A stretch of DNA of 62,741 bases, filler included, from Choristocarpus tenellus KU-1152 (taxonomy: Eukaryota; Protista; Phaeophyceae), in the NCBI GenBank assembly GCA_964200185.2. It is 11 parts of 11 records of this genome, joined end to end, with 100 filler letters (N's around TTAATTAATTAA, not from the genome) between each part and the next. Parts side by side here need not be neighbours in the genome. Positions count along the whole stretch, not along the records: positions 23,326 to 26,720 come from CAXNAD020020324.1; positions 26,821 to 30,513 come from CAXNAD020018479.1; positions 30,614 to 35,227 come from CAXNAD020013789.1; positions 35,328 to 47,519 come from CAXNAD020001930.1; 7 more parts are not named here. One strand, 5' to 3'. Below are positions 23,611 to 37,393 of the stretch, in pieces. Positions within the stretch are counted from its first letter, which is position 1; every line of letters starts with the position of its first letter. The notes under the pieces were generated by a model. It did no database searches. It had not been told where the DNA came from and saw only the letters and a list, made by a program, of their open reading frames with translations. The translations under genes were made by a program, and so were the position numbers.

Positions 23611-26600
23611 CCTACATCATGAAGAACAGAGAGCGCTGAAGGGGGAGGATTAGTGTCAGACTCAATGGTGTTCATCATGGAGATGGAGGGCAAGGGAGTC
23701 AGAAAGCCAGGAAGGCACAGGAAGTATGGGGAAGAAGTCAAAGGAGAAGGCGTAGAGTAGGAATTAGGAAGGTTTACCTACTCCTTCACGAATTTCATGA
23801 CCCCTCAACCAATTGCGAGTAAATCATCATGGCGCCACAAATCCTATCATCTGCTTGCACAAAAGTCAGGATCTTTGAAACCTGTTTCTTCTCAATAATT
23901 TTGGATTGGTTGTTATCAAGTCAAGACAAAACATTGATCCTGTCACACACCCCCATCTATCTCGAACAAGAAGACTGTTCTGTTACCTTCAGGTCTTCCC
24001 CACTCAGTTACTTTGATGAGAGGACCTCCCTCCCTGCCCTCATGAAAACGAAGGGTGATTCACACGAAAAAAATAGGTGGCTCACATGAGGAGGCTGAAT
24101 ACACTGAGAAAGAGAGAGAGAGAGAGAGAGATCAGGTCATGGTACAGAAGCTGGTGGGGGTGCACTTCTTCGAACAGGTTTCCCGTCTACCCTCCCTATT
24201 AATGATCAAGAGAGGGGGACAGTGGGAAGGAAAAATGATCCAATATGTTTCTATGTGGACAGCAGGTGGTAGTGTGGGACAGGACCGTCCTTTTCAAGAA
24301 GATAAAATGAGTGGAGGGTGGGTGGGTCGACGATCTGAACACAATGAGATAGACTTCTTCTGGTCGGAGATGGGTGATTTGGTGTGACACAATAATGATT
24401 TGTCTCGACTTACTAACACAAACCATCAATACAGAATGTTCAAAGAGAAACAATAGAACGGGTGATTATAATCGGGTGGTCACGGACACAGAAAGTCCGT
24501 GAAAAACAACCTCGTCAAAGTAATAAATAGGTTAACAGTCCACGTACATGAATAGGGGTTTGGGTCAGGTGACAAACTACACGATTTTGAGACACTCGTT
24601 CTTTCGGTCTACTTTTGGAAATCAATATTCCATAAACAAAACGGCATAACATAACGAATTTCACTGTCAACAATATCCAAGTAATTCCACGATCTATATT
24701 CCACCTATCTATTTTTTGTTTGTTTGTTTTATCTTGATTTCTTAGTAATGGGGTGGTGTGATTTTGTTTTTAGACTGTATACATGATATGATACGTTGAA
24801 AAATATGTTTTTGTTTCTTTAATTCTGTGAAAATTATACCAATACACTGTTGTCATCGATCACAATATATTCAAATATTTTTACCGAAGAAGAAGCATAG
24901 GGTGGTCTTTCCAGTAACCTCGACCCCATCACACCACAAAGTTTAGGAGTAGTAATCGTCATTCCACTCACATTCTGTTGGCTACAGTATAGTGATTGTA
25001 CTAAGAGTGGCTTGACACCTTGCGCCATATCGAGATTAATCTCTTGCACCCTTCACGAGACGTAGAAGCTCGGGAGGTGCAGATCTTTCCCATGCCTTAT
25101 TCTTGCTGGAAAGTCTTACTGTGATCAAGGGGTTGCCTTAATTTCTTTGGTGATCTCTCGTTGGAGCTGATTGTATTGGTTTGTGGTTGGCCATAGTCCG
25201 CGGATTTGGATCTCACCTGTCGGGCAATATCCGTTACCCCGTTAGTCGGTTCCGGTCTCGCACAGCAGAATGGGTTGGTCGTGGAAGAGGCTGCTGATCA
25301 TATGCACTGGGTTGTACGCGGTGCTGACATGTTTTGGGTCGCTTGCATGGAACTCCACTACTTTGAATCGAAGAATTCATCTATCAACAGTGAGTCACCC
25401 AGATGTGTAGGACTTGTTGCTTGGAGCCAATGTAAGACTTGAGACTTGATGCTTTTCAAACTCCATGGTCTAGTCTTGGTTTTTGATGCAACAGTGGACA
25501 TACGTCAAACGGCTTGATGTTCTCCTTGATTGCTGAAGTTTTCAGTTCAGGACTCTTTGTCGCCGTCGTTATCTTACTTTGTTGTATTGTGTGGCGACCT
25601 CACAGAAAGGTGCTTGCTTGTGTAACTTATATTCCTTGAGGTCTATGTTCAACACGAGGCCTTGCATCCTGAATTGGTGTTTATCCATGTCTTCGATTTT
25701 TGGTGCAGACCATCCCTCTTAATGTCCAACGACGGTGCAAAGATGAAACATGAAGATGATCGCACTTCGATTGAAGATTGTTGCAGGTCGTGGCGATGTT
25801 CGTTCCCTCCCACATCCCATCCCTGTTCTCAAGCTACCTCACACATCTTGCCAGCCCCCACATCTTGCATGATGTTGCACAGTTTTCTTGGCGAGTACTG
25901 AACTCCGCGCCAGAACTGAAGGAGCTATCCCCGCTGGAGCAATGGCAAGATTCTCTAAATATATTTCTAGTGAGTGTCAGGAATCAAGTTGAGTTTAGGG
26001 TTCTTTCTGTCGCTTTTCAGTTCACGCTTCTGTTGCCCTTGTCCTGTAATTCACGTAAATGGCGAAACCTGATTCTACATATTACCACTAGCAACACGGC
26101 GGCGCAAGTATTGCCCGCAACCGTTGCCTTCCGCCAAAGTTACATATATCGAGAAAATGGAAAAATAGAGAAAGTGAGAGGAAAAATCGATTTAAGCTAA
26201 AAATGGTTGATTTTCCAGATGCTCTAGGAACCTACTTACATCGATTGTTACAATACTTCTCGCAGTACTTCATCAAACAGGCCGCACTTCTCCTGTGCAG
26301 GTTCCTACAGACTATTCCTCCCTGCCCTACCTCTTGCCTTTTCTTACACTCCCCACTAACATGTTAGCCCTCTCTGTAAACCTTTCCCCCCCTGATTCCA
26401 TCTCTGCCAACCCCGATTGCATTTAGGAAATGGAGAAGAACACTTCGGCCTGGGAATCGGAGGGACTTGGACAGCGAGTTGGAGGTGTAGTTATTGGTAT
26501 GGAGTCCCAGAAATTGTGTGGTGTGCACTATGAAGGAAACACCTTCGTACAATACAAAATTGTAAGCACCTGTTGGTATCTTGCATGTTTATTTTCGTGG

Positions 26601-26611
26601 GAACGGGGAAC

Positions 26612-26644
<33 letters not shown>

Positions 26645-26673
26645 TTTTTTTGGGGGGGGGGGGGGGGGGAAAA

Positions 26674-26718
<45 letters not shown>

Positions 26719-27390
26719 GGNNNNNNNNNNNNNNNNNNNNNNNNNNNNNNNNNNNNNNNNNNNNTTAATTAATTAANNNNNNNNNNNNNNNNNNNNNNNN
26801 NNNNNNNNNNNNNNNNNNNNTTTGGTGTCCTCTTTTTTTTTTTTTTAACCAAAACCCCCCCCCCCCCCCCCCCCCCCACACACACACATTTGCAATATAT
26901 ATATATATCCATACCGTGTGGCGTTGTGAGGGCGATCTGGAGGTTAGAGGTGATGAGTTAGGGTTGGGGTTAGGGTTAGGCCGTGGTGGTACATGCTCCC
27001 CTCCTTGTGTCCTTCATTGGGGTAAAAGGGTGTGTCTCAACCTTTTTGTTGCAAGAGAGTTATGGACAAGAGGAAGGTCTTCCGAGAAATTGTAAAGAAA
27101 AATACAGCAAGGATTTTTTTTTTTTAAATTGGGAATGGATGTCTTGTCGTTCATTGGCTGTGGATACTGTCCTTACAAGAGTCTCTCTACCTTTCTGATA
27201 GCAGTCTAACCTTGAAATAACAATTTTTGGATCATAGAATACTTAAAAAAAATTTAAATCCATCTCGATGACTGGATAAAGCTTCAGCGTTTTACGTCCA
27301 ATTTTTTTTTTAGTAGAAAAAGAAAACAATAGATATTTAAAAATGAGACAGCGACGGTGATAGTATGTATTACCATCTTGCAGTATTGCA

Positions 27391-27685
27391 TTGGTATTAG
27401 TATTGGTTTTAATTCTAATTTTTTACTTTTTGTAGGAGCACTCTTTATTCATTGGTATTAGCATTAGTTTTAATTTAACCTTTTGTAGGAGCACTCTTTA
27501 TTTATAGGTATTAGCATTAGTTTTAATTTAAACTTTTGTAGGAGCACTCTTTATTCATTAGTATTAGCATTAGTTTTAATTTAACCTTTTGTAGGAGCAC
27601 TCTTTATTCATTAGTATTAACATTAGTTTTAATTTAACCTTTTGTAGGAGCACTCAGTATTCCATTAGTATTAGCATTAGTTTTA
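27391..27685. repeat. 53-bp tandem repeat, about 5.5 copies
   Basis: Unit ttggtattagcattagttttaatttaaccttttgtaggagcactctttattca at 27391, 27452, 27505, 27558, 27611 and 27664. Confidence 0.95.
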
Positions 27686-28464
27686 ATAAACTACTTCCGT
27701 ACCTACTCTGAACTATGTCACTTCAGAACTAGATCTCAGTAAGACTATGTGATGGGAAATAAATTGTGACCAGACTATGAGATTGGCCGAGTTTGAAATG
27801 CCGTTCCTAACAAATTGGACAGCAGAGGTGTACTACTTCTAAGGCCTGTTGGGTGCGTTGTTGTGACCAGGACGAAGGGTCGACCAATGAAAAGACCCCT
27901 TTCATTTGTGAAGCTCTTCCAATTTGGCTCGGTTGTCATTGTGTTGTATCATCTGTCGTTGCTGGAAAATTTCCTTTCATGCACTAAGAATGATAGAAGA
28001 CCAAACCTATTTAAAAAATAAATAAATATATATATATATATGTATGTTTTTTTTTTCTGGAGTATATTATTTTTAATTAATCTCAACTTTAAGAGGTTCT
28101 TACCTGTTCGCAAGAGCCAACATCCTTGAAAATATAAAGTATAGAAAATATATATTTTTATTTATATATTTTGTTTTGTTCTCTAGTATTTATTTTCCGA
28201 ATTTCAATTTTTCTGGCTCTTAACTAATAAAGAACATCTTTAATTTATATATATATATATGTGTGTATGTATGAATGTATAGATATATATAATATATTAT
28301 ATATATGTGTGTATGTATGAATGTATATATATATATATATATGTGTATATGTATGAATGTATATATATATATATTATATATTATATATATTATATTGTGT
28401 GTTTGTGTACGTCTGTGTGTGTTTTTTTATCTTTTGGTGGTGTGAATGCCATTCCATGTGTCAG

Positions 28465-28590
28465 GGTCATTGCTGGTGGACTCCGGCCATGCTTGAATCC
28501 AGGGTGGCCTGTTGGTCTAAGGAACCTTCTTGCCAGGTTCGTGCCCTGTTGTAGCTGATGTTGTAACTGATACTGTAAAAGATATCAAGG

Positions 28591-28636
<46 letters not shown>

Positions 28637-29782
28637 GCAGTTTTGAATTCTTTTTTTTTTTTTTTTTTTTTTTTTTGTTTTTTGTTTTTTGTTTTTGTNN
28701 NNNNNNNNTTTGTGCCGTTTTTTAGTTAGTTTTTTATTTGAATCTTTAAAATTTTTTAAGGCCCCCCCCCCCCCCCTCCCCCTCTCCCCCCCCATCTTCA
28801 CTGGAAGAGTATTTTTTGTTTGTTTGTTTGATGTGTTTACCTTTGATTTAATTTGGTGTCCGATTATTGGAACCAAATCTACTTGAATTTTATTTTTGTA
28901 ATGGTCTTCCTTTCGTTATCTGTCTGTCTCTCTGCTGAATGTGTTGCAGCACCTTGAGTTGAGTTTTAAGTTTATTTTATTTGAACTTGGACTATGAACA
29001 AATCAGTGATCATAAAAACACTTAGAAGTGAAATGTAGTGATGAGTTATCTCAACGATAGTATGGTCACACAGTATTTTTTTATTTATCATTTTTCTGTT
29101 GATAACACTGAAGACTGAGGGAGTTGGTACATTTATTACTGAGAGGCGGGGGTATAGACCTACCGAGGGAGTGTCCTGTGTTTTTCCTCCAGTCAAGGCC
29201 TTTGTGGGTTGCACTTGACCTCTGAACATCCCTTGCCCCTCTCTGAATCTCACATTCTCCTCCATATACATGTTTTAAAGTAGTTGTTACTGCTTGAGAC
29301 CTTTTTTTATTTTTTTGAATGTGTGCTGTGTGCTGTTCGATTGATTCAAAATGGAATACTTCAAGAATACAATTCAAATCTAATTTATTTAGTTTTGCTG
29401 GATCTCTGTTTCTAAAATTCAATAGAGATATCGGAACATTAAATTTTTTTTTACTAATTTTAATACTTTTTTTTGCTGAATCTCTTCCAAATTTAAAGAC
29501 TCAAAAATATTATAAAAAAAATTAGTACTAATTTTAGTATTGTTTTTTTTTTTACTGAAGGTGTGAGAGTGGTGTACGACAGTGACAGGAAGTAAGGACC
29601 ACATGGCCAAGGAGTGACAAGAATTATCTTTCTTAACTTTTGTTATTTTTGTAGTAATCCCCTGACTGTTTCACCTTTCCTTCCTTTTCAGCTGCTGGTC
29701 ACCCTCGCTAGACGACCGACCAAGTATGAGGGTTATGGAGACAAGGCTTCGTGAACTGGCTTTATTGGTGGCCAATAAGTGA
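28465..29782 (+). CDS. Tyrosine-kinase-like (TKL) protein kinase, last two exons (28465-28536, 29692-29782)
   Basis: The spliced product (phase-2 GT-AG intron) reads VIAGGLRPCLNPGWPVGLRNLLASCWSPSLDDRPSMRVMETRLRELALLVANK*, i.e. kinase subdomains X-XI. Confidence 0.85.
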
Positions 29783-29865
29783 TATGTACCTCTCCCCCCA
29801 TCTGATTGTGTCAACAGGTTTATTAGTGCATATGTTTACAGTGCATATTTGTGTGCGTGTGCATG

Positions 29866-29911
<46 letters not shown>

Positions 29912-30129
29912 TGCTTGTCACACTGCGGACTGATGTGAAAAAAGTTACAGTTACAACTGAAAGCGATCCGTCAATCTTGTTGGGAAAACATTTTTTGTTT
30001 TATTCTTCTCCCCTTCCTGGTACGTCGTTGTATCGTAGTAAATATATATTTTTTAACTATTTGGTATTTGAAAGAGTAGAGCACCTCAAGAGGGTAGGTA
30101 GCCAGTTCAGTATTTTGATAGTGAAAGAG

Positions 30130-30288
30130 GATACCATGAAAGATACCATTAAAGATACCATTAAAGATACCATGAAAGATACCATTAAAGATACCATTAA
30201 AGATACCATGAAAGATACCATGAAAGATACCATTAAAGATACCATTAAAGATACCATTAAAGATACCATGAAAGATACCATGAAAGAT
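30130..30288. repeat. 12-bp minisatellite GATACCAT(G/T)AAA x13
   Basis: Directly visible; the units differ only at one G/T position. Confidence 0.97.
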
Positions 30289-30613
30289 CGATTTCCTTGG
30301 TTAATAATTCGGAACAATTGCTGTTTGGGTGGCCCCAACTCTACAAGTATGCCTTCCTGAAATAGGTGATGGGTGATTTCAGGGCTGGCAGTGATGGTTG
30401 GCTTGAGAGCAATCAATCTTTCTGCCCCCCCCCCCCCCCCCTTCCACACCAAAATATGCCCTCAAAAAAAAAAAAACATTTATTGTTTTAAAAATTATCT
30501 CATGAGAGTTGCTNNNNNNNNNNNNNNNNNNNNNNNNNNNNNNNNNNNNNNNNNNNNTTAATTAATTAANNNNNNNNNNNNNNNNNNNNNNNNNNNNNNN
30601 NNNNNNNNNNNNN

Positions 30614-30694
30614 GGGGGTGGGGGGGGGGGGGGGGGGGGGTCTACACCAGAGTGTCCATTTGGACCAAAACCTGGAAAATTGCACTTTCATTAT
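30614..30694 (-). mobile_element. MITE-B partial (contig start)
   Basis: (G)nTCTACACCAGAGTGTCCATTTGGACCAAAACCTGGAAAATTGCACTTTCATTAT matches 11293-11350. Confidence 0.85.
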
Positions 30695-30695
30695 A

Positions 30696-30857
30696 GGCGA
30701 ATAACGCAAGCATTTCTTCTTGTGTTCCAATGAAGTGCGAGCATTTGTTACACGCGAATAGCGCGAGCATTTCTTCCCATGTTTTAGCAAACACGAACAT
30801 TTGTGACAGACGTATAGTGTGAGCATTGTTTCTTGCGTTCTAACAAGTGCGAACAAT
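30696..30857. repeat. Degenerate ~58-bp tandem repeat, about 3 units
   Basis: Recurrent gcgaata.cgcgagcatttctt...gcgaacatttgt blocks. Confidence 0.6.
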
Positions 30858-31371
30858 ATATTTCTTTAGGGCTAACAACGACATATATGTATATAGTTTT
30901 CATTGGTTTCCCCCTGATGCATCTGCAAAATGTCAGAGGGCATAATAATAAAATTAGTAACAATTAGGTAACATGTGACAGACAATCAAACGACAATATA
31001 TTACAGTCCGTCTAGTTTTCTCTATCGAGTGGTATAAAAGAAAACAGATTCCGTGAAAAGAAGTCTGGCGTTGAAGGGGTTCGAACCTTGTAATTGTTTT
31101 TGGTAGTGGTATATTAACAAGTTAGATATGATGGAAGAAAAATATAATAACAAGCCTTCCATGGTGGACGGCCGTTGATATATTGGAGGATCCAAGACGA
31201 CCTTGTGTTGCTTTGTTATGACAACGTGCAGTAGAAAGTAGGTAGGGATAGGTTTAAGTAGTGGGTGCTACTGTGGGGTCTGCAACGAGAAATATATTGC
31301 TGTGTACAAGACCCATTCGAACGAGTGAACCAGTTTCTGGTCTCATACTCTCCATTGTAATCTTCAGCACA

Positions 31372-31841
31372 ATGTCAGAGTCCTTGATATTTGAGCTGAA
31401 GTTACAAATTCAACACCTAGAGGAGAAGGTCACATTCCTGGCAGGTGGAACAAATGGACGAGAGCTTGCTGAGGTCGTCATGGAGAAAGATGAGGAGATT
31501 GAGCAGAGCGTAAGTGATCTTTGTGATCTCGCCTCACATGCACCGTCGTTGCCGATAGTGCTTACCCACAACTCAAAAAGTCACTCCATGTTTCTGTGGC
31601 TTGCTAGTACCCTACTTAGCTCCTTCACGCAAGTCGCTTACTAGTACCCCACCTAAAAAACTAGAGCCGAAAAATCAAGAGTCACGAGATGAGAATCCTT
31701 CAGCTGGCGGAAGGCGCCAAGCGTGTAGATGCGAAACGGCGCGAGCTGCTCCGACTCTCAGAGCGCCAAGGAGTACGGCTCGAGGCCCTGGAAAAGGAGG
31801 TTGATAACCAACTGGAGGCGGCAGACAATCTCCGGGCACAG
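31372..31841 (+). CDS. Coiled-coil protein, first two exons (31372-31509, 31665-31841)
   Basis: MSESLIFELKLQIQHLEEKV...EIEQS|SRKIKSHEMRILQLAEGAKRVDAKRRELL...LEKEVDNQLEAADNLRAQ|GT. Phase-0 GT-AG junctions and heptad-like composition. Confidence 0.7.
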
Positions 31842-34800
31842 GTAAGAGGGAAAAATTCAACATTGGACTTACACTTAGGTCGAGGAGTTGAACAATAGCG
31901 AGTTTAATTCTCCCTGCATACTGATTGGATGTACCGGTTCACGACACGGAAGCTCCCTTATATTGACAATGATCTGAGCACAGAGCTCTCGGATTGACTT
32001 TGGAATACTCTTCTTACCCCCCACGATGGTACCTTGGACAGGCTACCAATATTTCGACGGTGCAAGCCCTGTGAAGCTTATAGAACTTGTTTCATGACTG
32101 ATGTTACACATTGGTGCCGATTCGGCGTGATTCCTGCGCTCACTCCTGTGAACTTAGCTCCCACGTTGTTTAGTTCGGGTTTTTCCTGCACTGAGGATTT
32201 CTGGTTTTAAGACGAAGGGACGTATGCACTCATTTTTGCACACTTAGTGTGGATCACTTTTTGATGACCCAAATGTGTCGGAGTTGACATTTCCTGTACA
32301 AGGTTCTAGCTGTCTGTTGTATCCCTACAACAAGTTTGACATGTATCACCAAGAATGACTCCTTACTGCCATCTTTTTAGGTAAAGCTGCACAACAGATT
32401 TGTTGAGTGTACAATTTATATTGAAGTTTGGTACCTCCTACTAGAGATACCTACTCGATTTGTATGTGCACTAAGTAATCTCTGCCGTGTGGTGCCATGC
32501 TAAGTGGGTGCATCAGACACGCTAGCAAAGTGAAAGCATGATTATTGCACATTGATCAATGCAATTCCTTGACCAAGTCAATGATGGGTTAAACGATACA
32601 TACAACTATTTGTGGGTTATTGGTAGTGAGCGATCACGTAGTGTCAATTAAAAGATGCCACACTGTAGGAAGGAAGGGTCATGATGATTGAGTAGGTTGG
32701 GCGATTAAACAGCTTGTTTCTAAAGCTATATTTGTATTGCTCAGATAGGTTTGAAGATCTGATGAGCTATGGATCACATGTGGGTGCCTGTACCAAGGTG
32801 GGATATGGGCCTGGAATTCTGAAGTGGAATGTTGCTGTTTAAGAAAGAGTTGGATCGCCTTTCTATTGAACAGAGCCTGTTGTTTTTTTCTAGTTGATGT
32901 TCTAGATTTGAATAATGCAGGGGAAGAGCTCCAATCAAATGGACCAGGATCATCTTGCTACTGTGTGCATGGCATCATTCCTGCACCTTCACTTTTCTCA
33001 TCCCTCATTCTTGTTCAGAGCTGAGGCAGATAACCCAATCCCTAAATAATCTTTTCTTGAATCCAAGCATCTCTGTAGATAGGTGAATCTAAAGCTTGAT
33101 AGCCAATTTTTTGGGGGGGACAGTGTGGCAGTTGTTTACTGCTGTAGCTGGGATGGAACTGAGTGCCGTGAGCGGTGGCACCATGATGCTGTGATAGTGA
33201 GTTGGGAATCACAGGCGTATACAACTTTGTGATAGAACAAGCGTGTGAGATATTTTTTTCCTCATTTTTTTTTTAAGGGGGGGGGGGGGGGTGGTGTTTG
33301 CAAAGGCGAATACTGTGTGTGAATGAACGATGCGGTTGAGCTTTTTTTTTTTCTACATGTAGATGAGAAAGATGTCATCTATTCTGTACCTTCATGTGTG
33401 TTTGGGTGCTTTCTGTTTTTAAGGCTCACACAGAGACATCAGTGTAACCGTGCTTCTGTTTTCATGTGACTGAGGGTAGGTATATCATCATCGGACCCCT
33501 TCTGTGATTGAGGTCTTGCCCGCCCGTTTCATTCATGCTCTCATTCATGTGCAGTTCTTTGCCTTTTACCTTGTTCTAGGAGATGGCCCTAGGCTGACTC
33601 GCTTAGGGCACCTGCTTGGGTCAGGGGTGGGGTCGGGGGTGGAGTCTGGATTGGGTAATTTGAAGTGAGTTAGGGTTAGGGAAGAATTTTGCTGCACTGA
33701 AAAACAAAAACAAAAACACACATTATGTTCGGCTTTTACTTGTTCTTCAAAAGGTCCGATTTCGACTGATTTCTCCTATTGTCCAATCAAGATGGGGATG
33801 TAGCAAGGACCACTTACGTCAGGGTTAATGCCCTCTCTTTATTTGGCATTCCGAATACCCTGTTTCAATCCATGGTCAGAAGAGAATACTCCTCGAACAA
33901 TGTGATTCCAACTGATAGTGGTGTCATCAGAAGCATGGTCATATTTGATCTATAGGGTCAGTTGTTTGGGATAGCACTTGAAGTTCGTCCGTTTGGGTCT
34001 ATATTGCCTATTGCCTGGGGCAACAACACCTGTGCCCTTGTCTGCTGTGCACGATCCTTAATCATCTCCAGATTAGGAATGTTCTTGGTCAATACTTTAG
34101 CCACTCCACACAAATGCACACGACCATGTAAAAGTATTGAATGTATATGTTCGAATACTATGGCGACATTTTTCTCTCAAGAACAACTTGCAAAGGTGAA
34201 TTCTTTTCAAGGTGGTGGTGTGTGTGTGTTACGTGTGTGTGTTGTGTGTGTTTTGTGGACAATCTTTTTTTGCTGAGTTGCTCCAAAACTATCAAATTTA
34301 CATGAGGAGAGGAGCTCCGTGCTAAGCACATAACTTAGGGGCTCAAATATGCCTGTGATTCCACCTGTCTTCCTACGAAGGACTAGGAGTGCGGATTGGC
34401 TCAAGACATTTAAAAAAAAATAATACCTAGCCCTTGTGCGTGTAGATGTCATGCGTGACACGGTACCGGCTCTTTGTGCAGGTAACACACTTTTTTTTCC
34501 CATAGCACGTAGGTGTTCAACCACAACAATTGGAAACGCCTCCCATTGTGTCGTCTCTATTTAGCATCCACTGTCCAGGACAACCCTCGGAGATCATTCT
34601 TCTTCAATAGTGTTTTGAGTCATTTATGGGCATAAGGTTATTCAGTCGAACTGAAAGCTCTATGTGCATCGGATTTTTTAAATTGATTTTCTATTGAATT
34701 GCACACGGAGTGTGCGAATCGAGGCATGCGAACGCACGAGTTCTGCGAGCAGATTGTGACGGGGCACATACATGGGAGAAAAAAATAACTGTTTTTTGAA

Positions 34801-35141
34801 ATTTGCCTCTTAATTTTCGGTTTCAATTAGTCCTTGTTCCATGGAATCGTAGCGATTCGATCGAATCCAAGATTTGAATCTAAGATTTGAATCGGTAGTC
34901 CTTGACCTCTCTCACGACTTTTTTCTTCGTGGAATCTACTGCCAACAGCAATTTAGGCTGTTTTGTCCTGAAATGTCCAATTAGTGGAGGATGGTTAGTT
35001 GTGTTTAACCTAAGTAGTCTTATGTTCGTTTGTACGGGGTTAGGTTTTCCTGGGTTTGGAAGAGAATTGCAGCAAGCCGAATTGACTGATGAGGTTGAAT
35101 TGATTGCTCTCTGCACTGAACTGATAAGAGACAGGTTCCCT

Positions 35142-35178
<37 letters not shown>

Positions 35179-37393
35179 CCCCCACCACTCGCTGTTGTGG
35201 TGTCTGAATTAGTTTGCTGCTTGTTGTNNNNNNNNNNNNNNNNNNNNNNNNNNNNNNNNNNNNNNNNNNNNTTAATTAATTAANNNNNNNNNNNNNNNNN
35301 NNNNNNNNNNNNNNNNNNNNNNNNNNNGGGTGGGTTTTTCCGAGCTGGGGGGGGGATTGGGAAGGGGGGGGTTTTGGGGGGGGGGGGGGGGGGGGGGGGG
35401 TGGGGGGAGAGGTATGGAAAGAGATGGCTTTGCTGAGAATGCTTGTGATTAGATTTACTCCGGGTCAGTCTTAGGCCTTGCCTTCGCAGTGGTTCATGTG
35501 AGTTGTTGACAAGCAAAATAGGATTGGTTAGAAGTCAGAAGCTGAAAATAGTTTTGTTTTTGTCTCTTATTTTTTTGGAATGGGGGCCTGTCATTGGTCC
35601 ACACCTCAGAAAAACCATCGATCAAAGCTAGAGTTTTTGTAGAATGTTCAAGCCAAACTTTGCCCAAATTTCCGTTACTGTTGACAGTGTTATAGCTAGA
35701 TGCTATGTAACATCCGTGGGCCAGTTGGTCCATCAGCGAACATTCAACCGCACTCAGTCCGTAGCATTGTCCAGAACAACAGCCTCAGCTATTTGCTATT
35801 TTGTTGTATTTATTTATTTATTTTTTATTTATTATTATTATTATCATTAATTAGTCTGTACATCGGGTTGATCTTTTCCAACGTGTGGTCAGAGGTTACA
35901 TAGAAAGGCGAGAAAGTGGAAAATCCAAAGAAAAACATTGTGGAAAGAAGTATTGCTAGAAATATAAATACACATATACATCCATAACGCTGCTCGAAGT
36001 TTCTGTGGCGTAGGACATATGTTACAGCCCTTGGCGCTCCACTTCGCTCACCTGGTACCCTCACTCTCTGGCTATCACTTGTGCCTCTTTTGGTCTGTAT
36101 CATCTTTGTCCAGGATAGTGTGCTTGGTATCATTTGCTCTGCAACGTGTGTAGTACTAGTAAATGCCATGTGGTGTGCCTAGGCTAAAGCATTAGTTTGT
36201 GTTTCGTAAGTGATGCATTTTTCGAGGTGTTCATTAGTCAGATGTAGGTAGGTCCGTTTGGTAGGTGTCCTAGGTCGTTTGGGTGAGAATAGCATGCGGG
36301 GAGAGATGAATGAAAGCGTGTATCATTCCTGTGTGTGTGTGTGTGTGTGTGTGTGTGAAGTAGGTCTGATAAGAATGCTCTTCTTTTAAGTTTTATTGTT
36401 TCAGTTGCTCTCTATGTGCACTGCATGTACATATACTTAAACTATTACAATAATTGTGGTATTTTGTGGGGTTTTTTTAAGACCTGATTGGATGGTTTAC
36501 GATTTGAGAACTCTCTGAACCTTTAATTGATCTGTCCGCAACTCACAAGAAATGGAACATTGAGGCAGGGCATCAGAGGGGGGAAGAAGTTATTTCAATC
36601 TCCAAACCCCAACAATAAAAAAATGAAACCTGTTTTTCAATATCTGTGTTTCTTGTCTTTTTGGTCGGAAGTACTAACAAAAATGGGAATGTTTCTGTAT
36701 TGTCTTCTTGTGTTCAAATTTTTAAAAAGGTGTACTGAAGGTTACAAGGACTGGAGTGTGCATAGTAGGTGCAGTAGTATGCCTTTTGGTATACCGGCAT
36801 CTGCCCCTGTCCGCACGCACGCTGCTGTTAAGACTTCAAAGTTCTAGAAAGATGACTGATGAAGATCATTCAGCATTTTGAATTCCAGTATCTGCAGCAA
36901 AGAATCCATCAATCAGAGAGCACATTTCTCCATCTTGGATACTGGATTTGAGCTATTTTTTGTAAATGTAAAGCCTAGCTGTTATGGCTGGTATTACCCT
37001 GGGGTAACTCCAACCAGTACAATGGTGGATCGTCTCACATGCTTAGACTTTGTTTTATCTTCTCTTCTACTGTTTTATCTCCTCCTTGTCAACCATGTCC
37101 GCTTCCCATGTGGATTTGTTTGTTTCAAGCAAATCTAATGTGTGAGTAGGTGTCGATTGTCTCCTCTTCCGACACTCCTGACCTATTATTAGCTTGTCTT
37201 TGTGTTACGTTAGTTTTGTTATGATGTCTTGATGCCAATGTGGGGACATCATATGAAAGGGAGCATGTAACTGAATGAAAGAGTTGTTTGTGTGACGTTT
37301 GAGGTGTGCGCTTGCTGTTTCAATCCCTCCTCATCCCCCTCATTATCTCTACTTTTGTCCATATCCACCTTCCACATACCTCTCCATGCCCAG

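Noticed and set aside
26573-26900. Poly-G/poly-T/poly-C tracts and their Gly/Phe/Pro-rich ORFs (also near 28600, 35140, 41070, 62700)
   Set aside because: These are low-quality homopolymer sequences at contig or gap edges; lengths are unreliable and they are not coding evidence.
27391-27685. CRISPR-like array
   Set aside because: The units are contiguous with no unique spacers, the context is eukaryotic, and there are no cas genes.
29911-30452. ORFs encoding KDTI/KDTM or MVSL/MVSF repeat proteins
   Set aside because: They are by-products of a stop-free 12-bp minisatellite; there is no splice or homology support.
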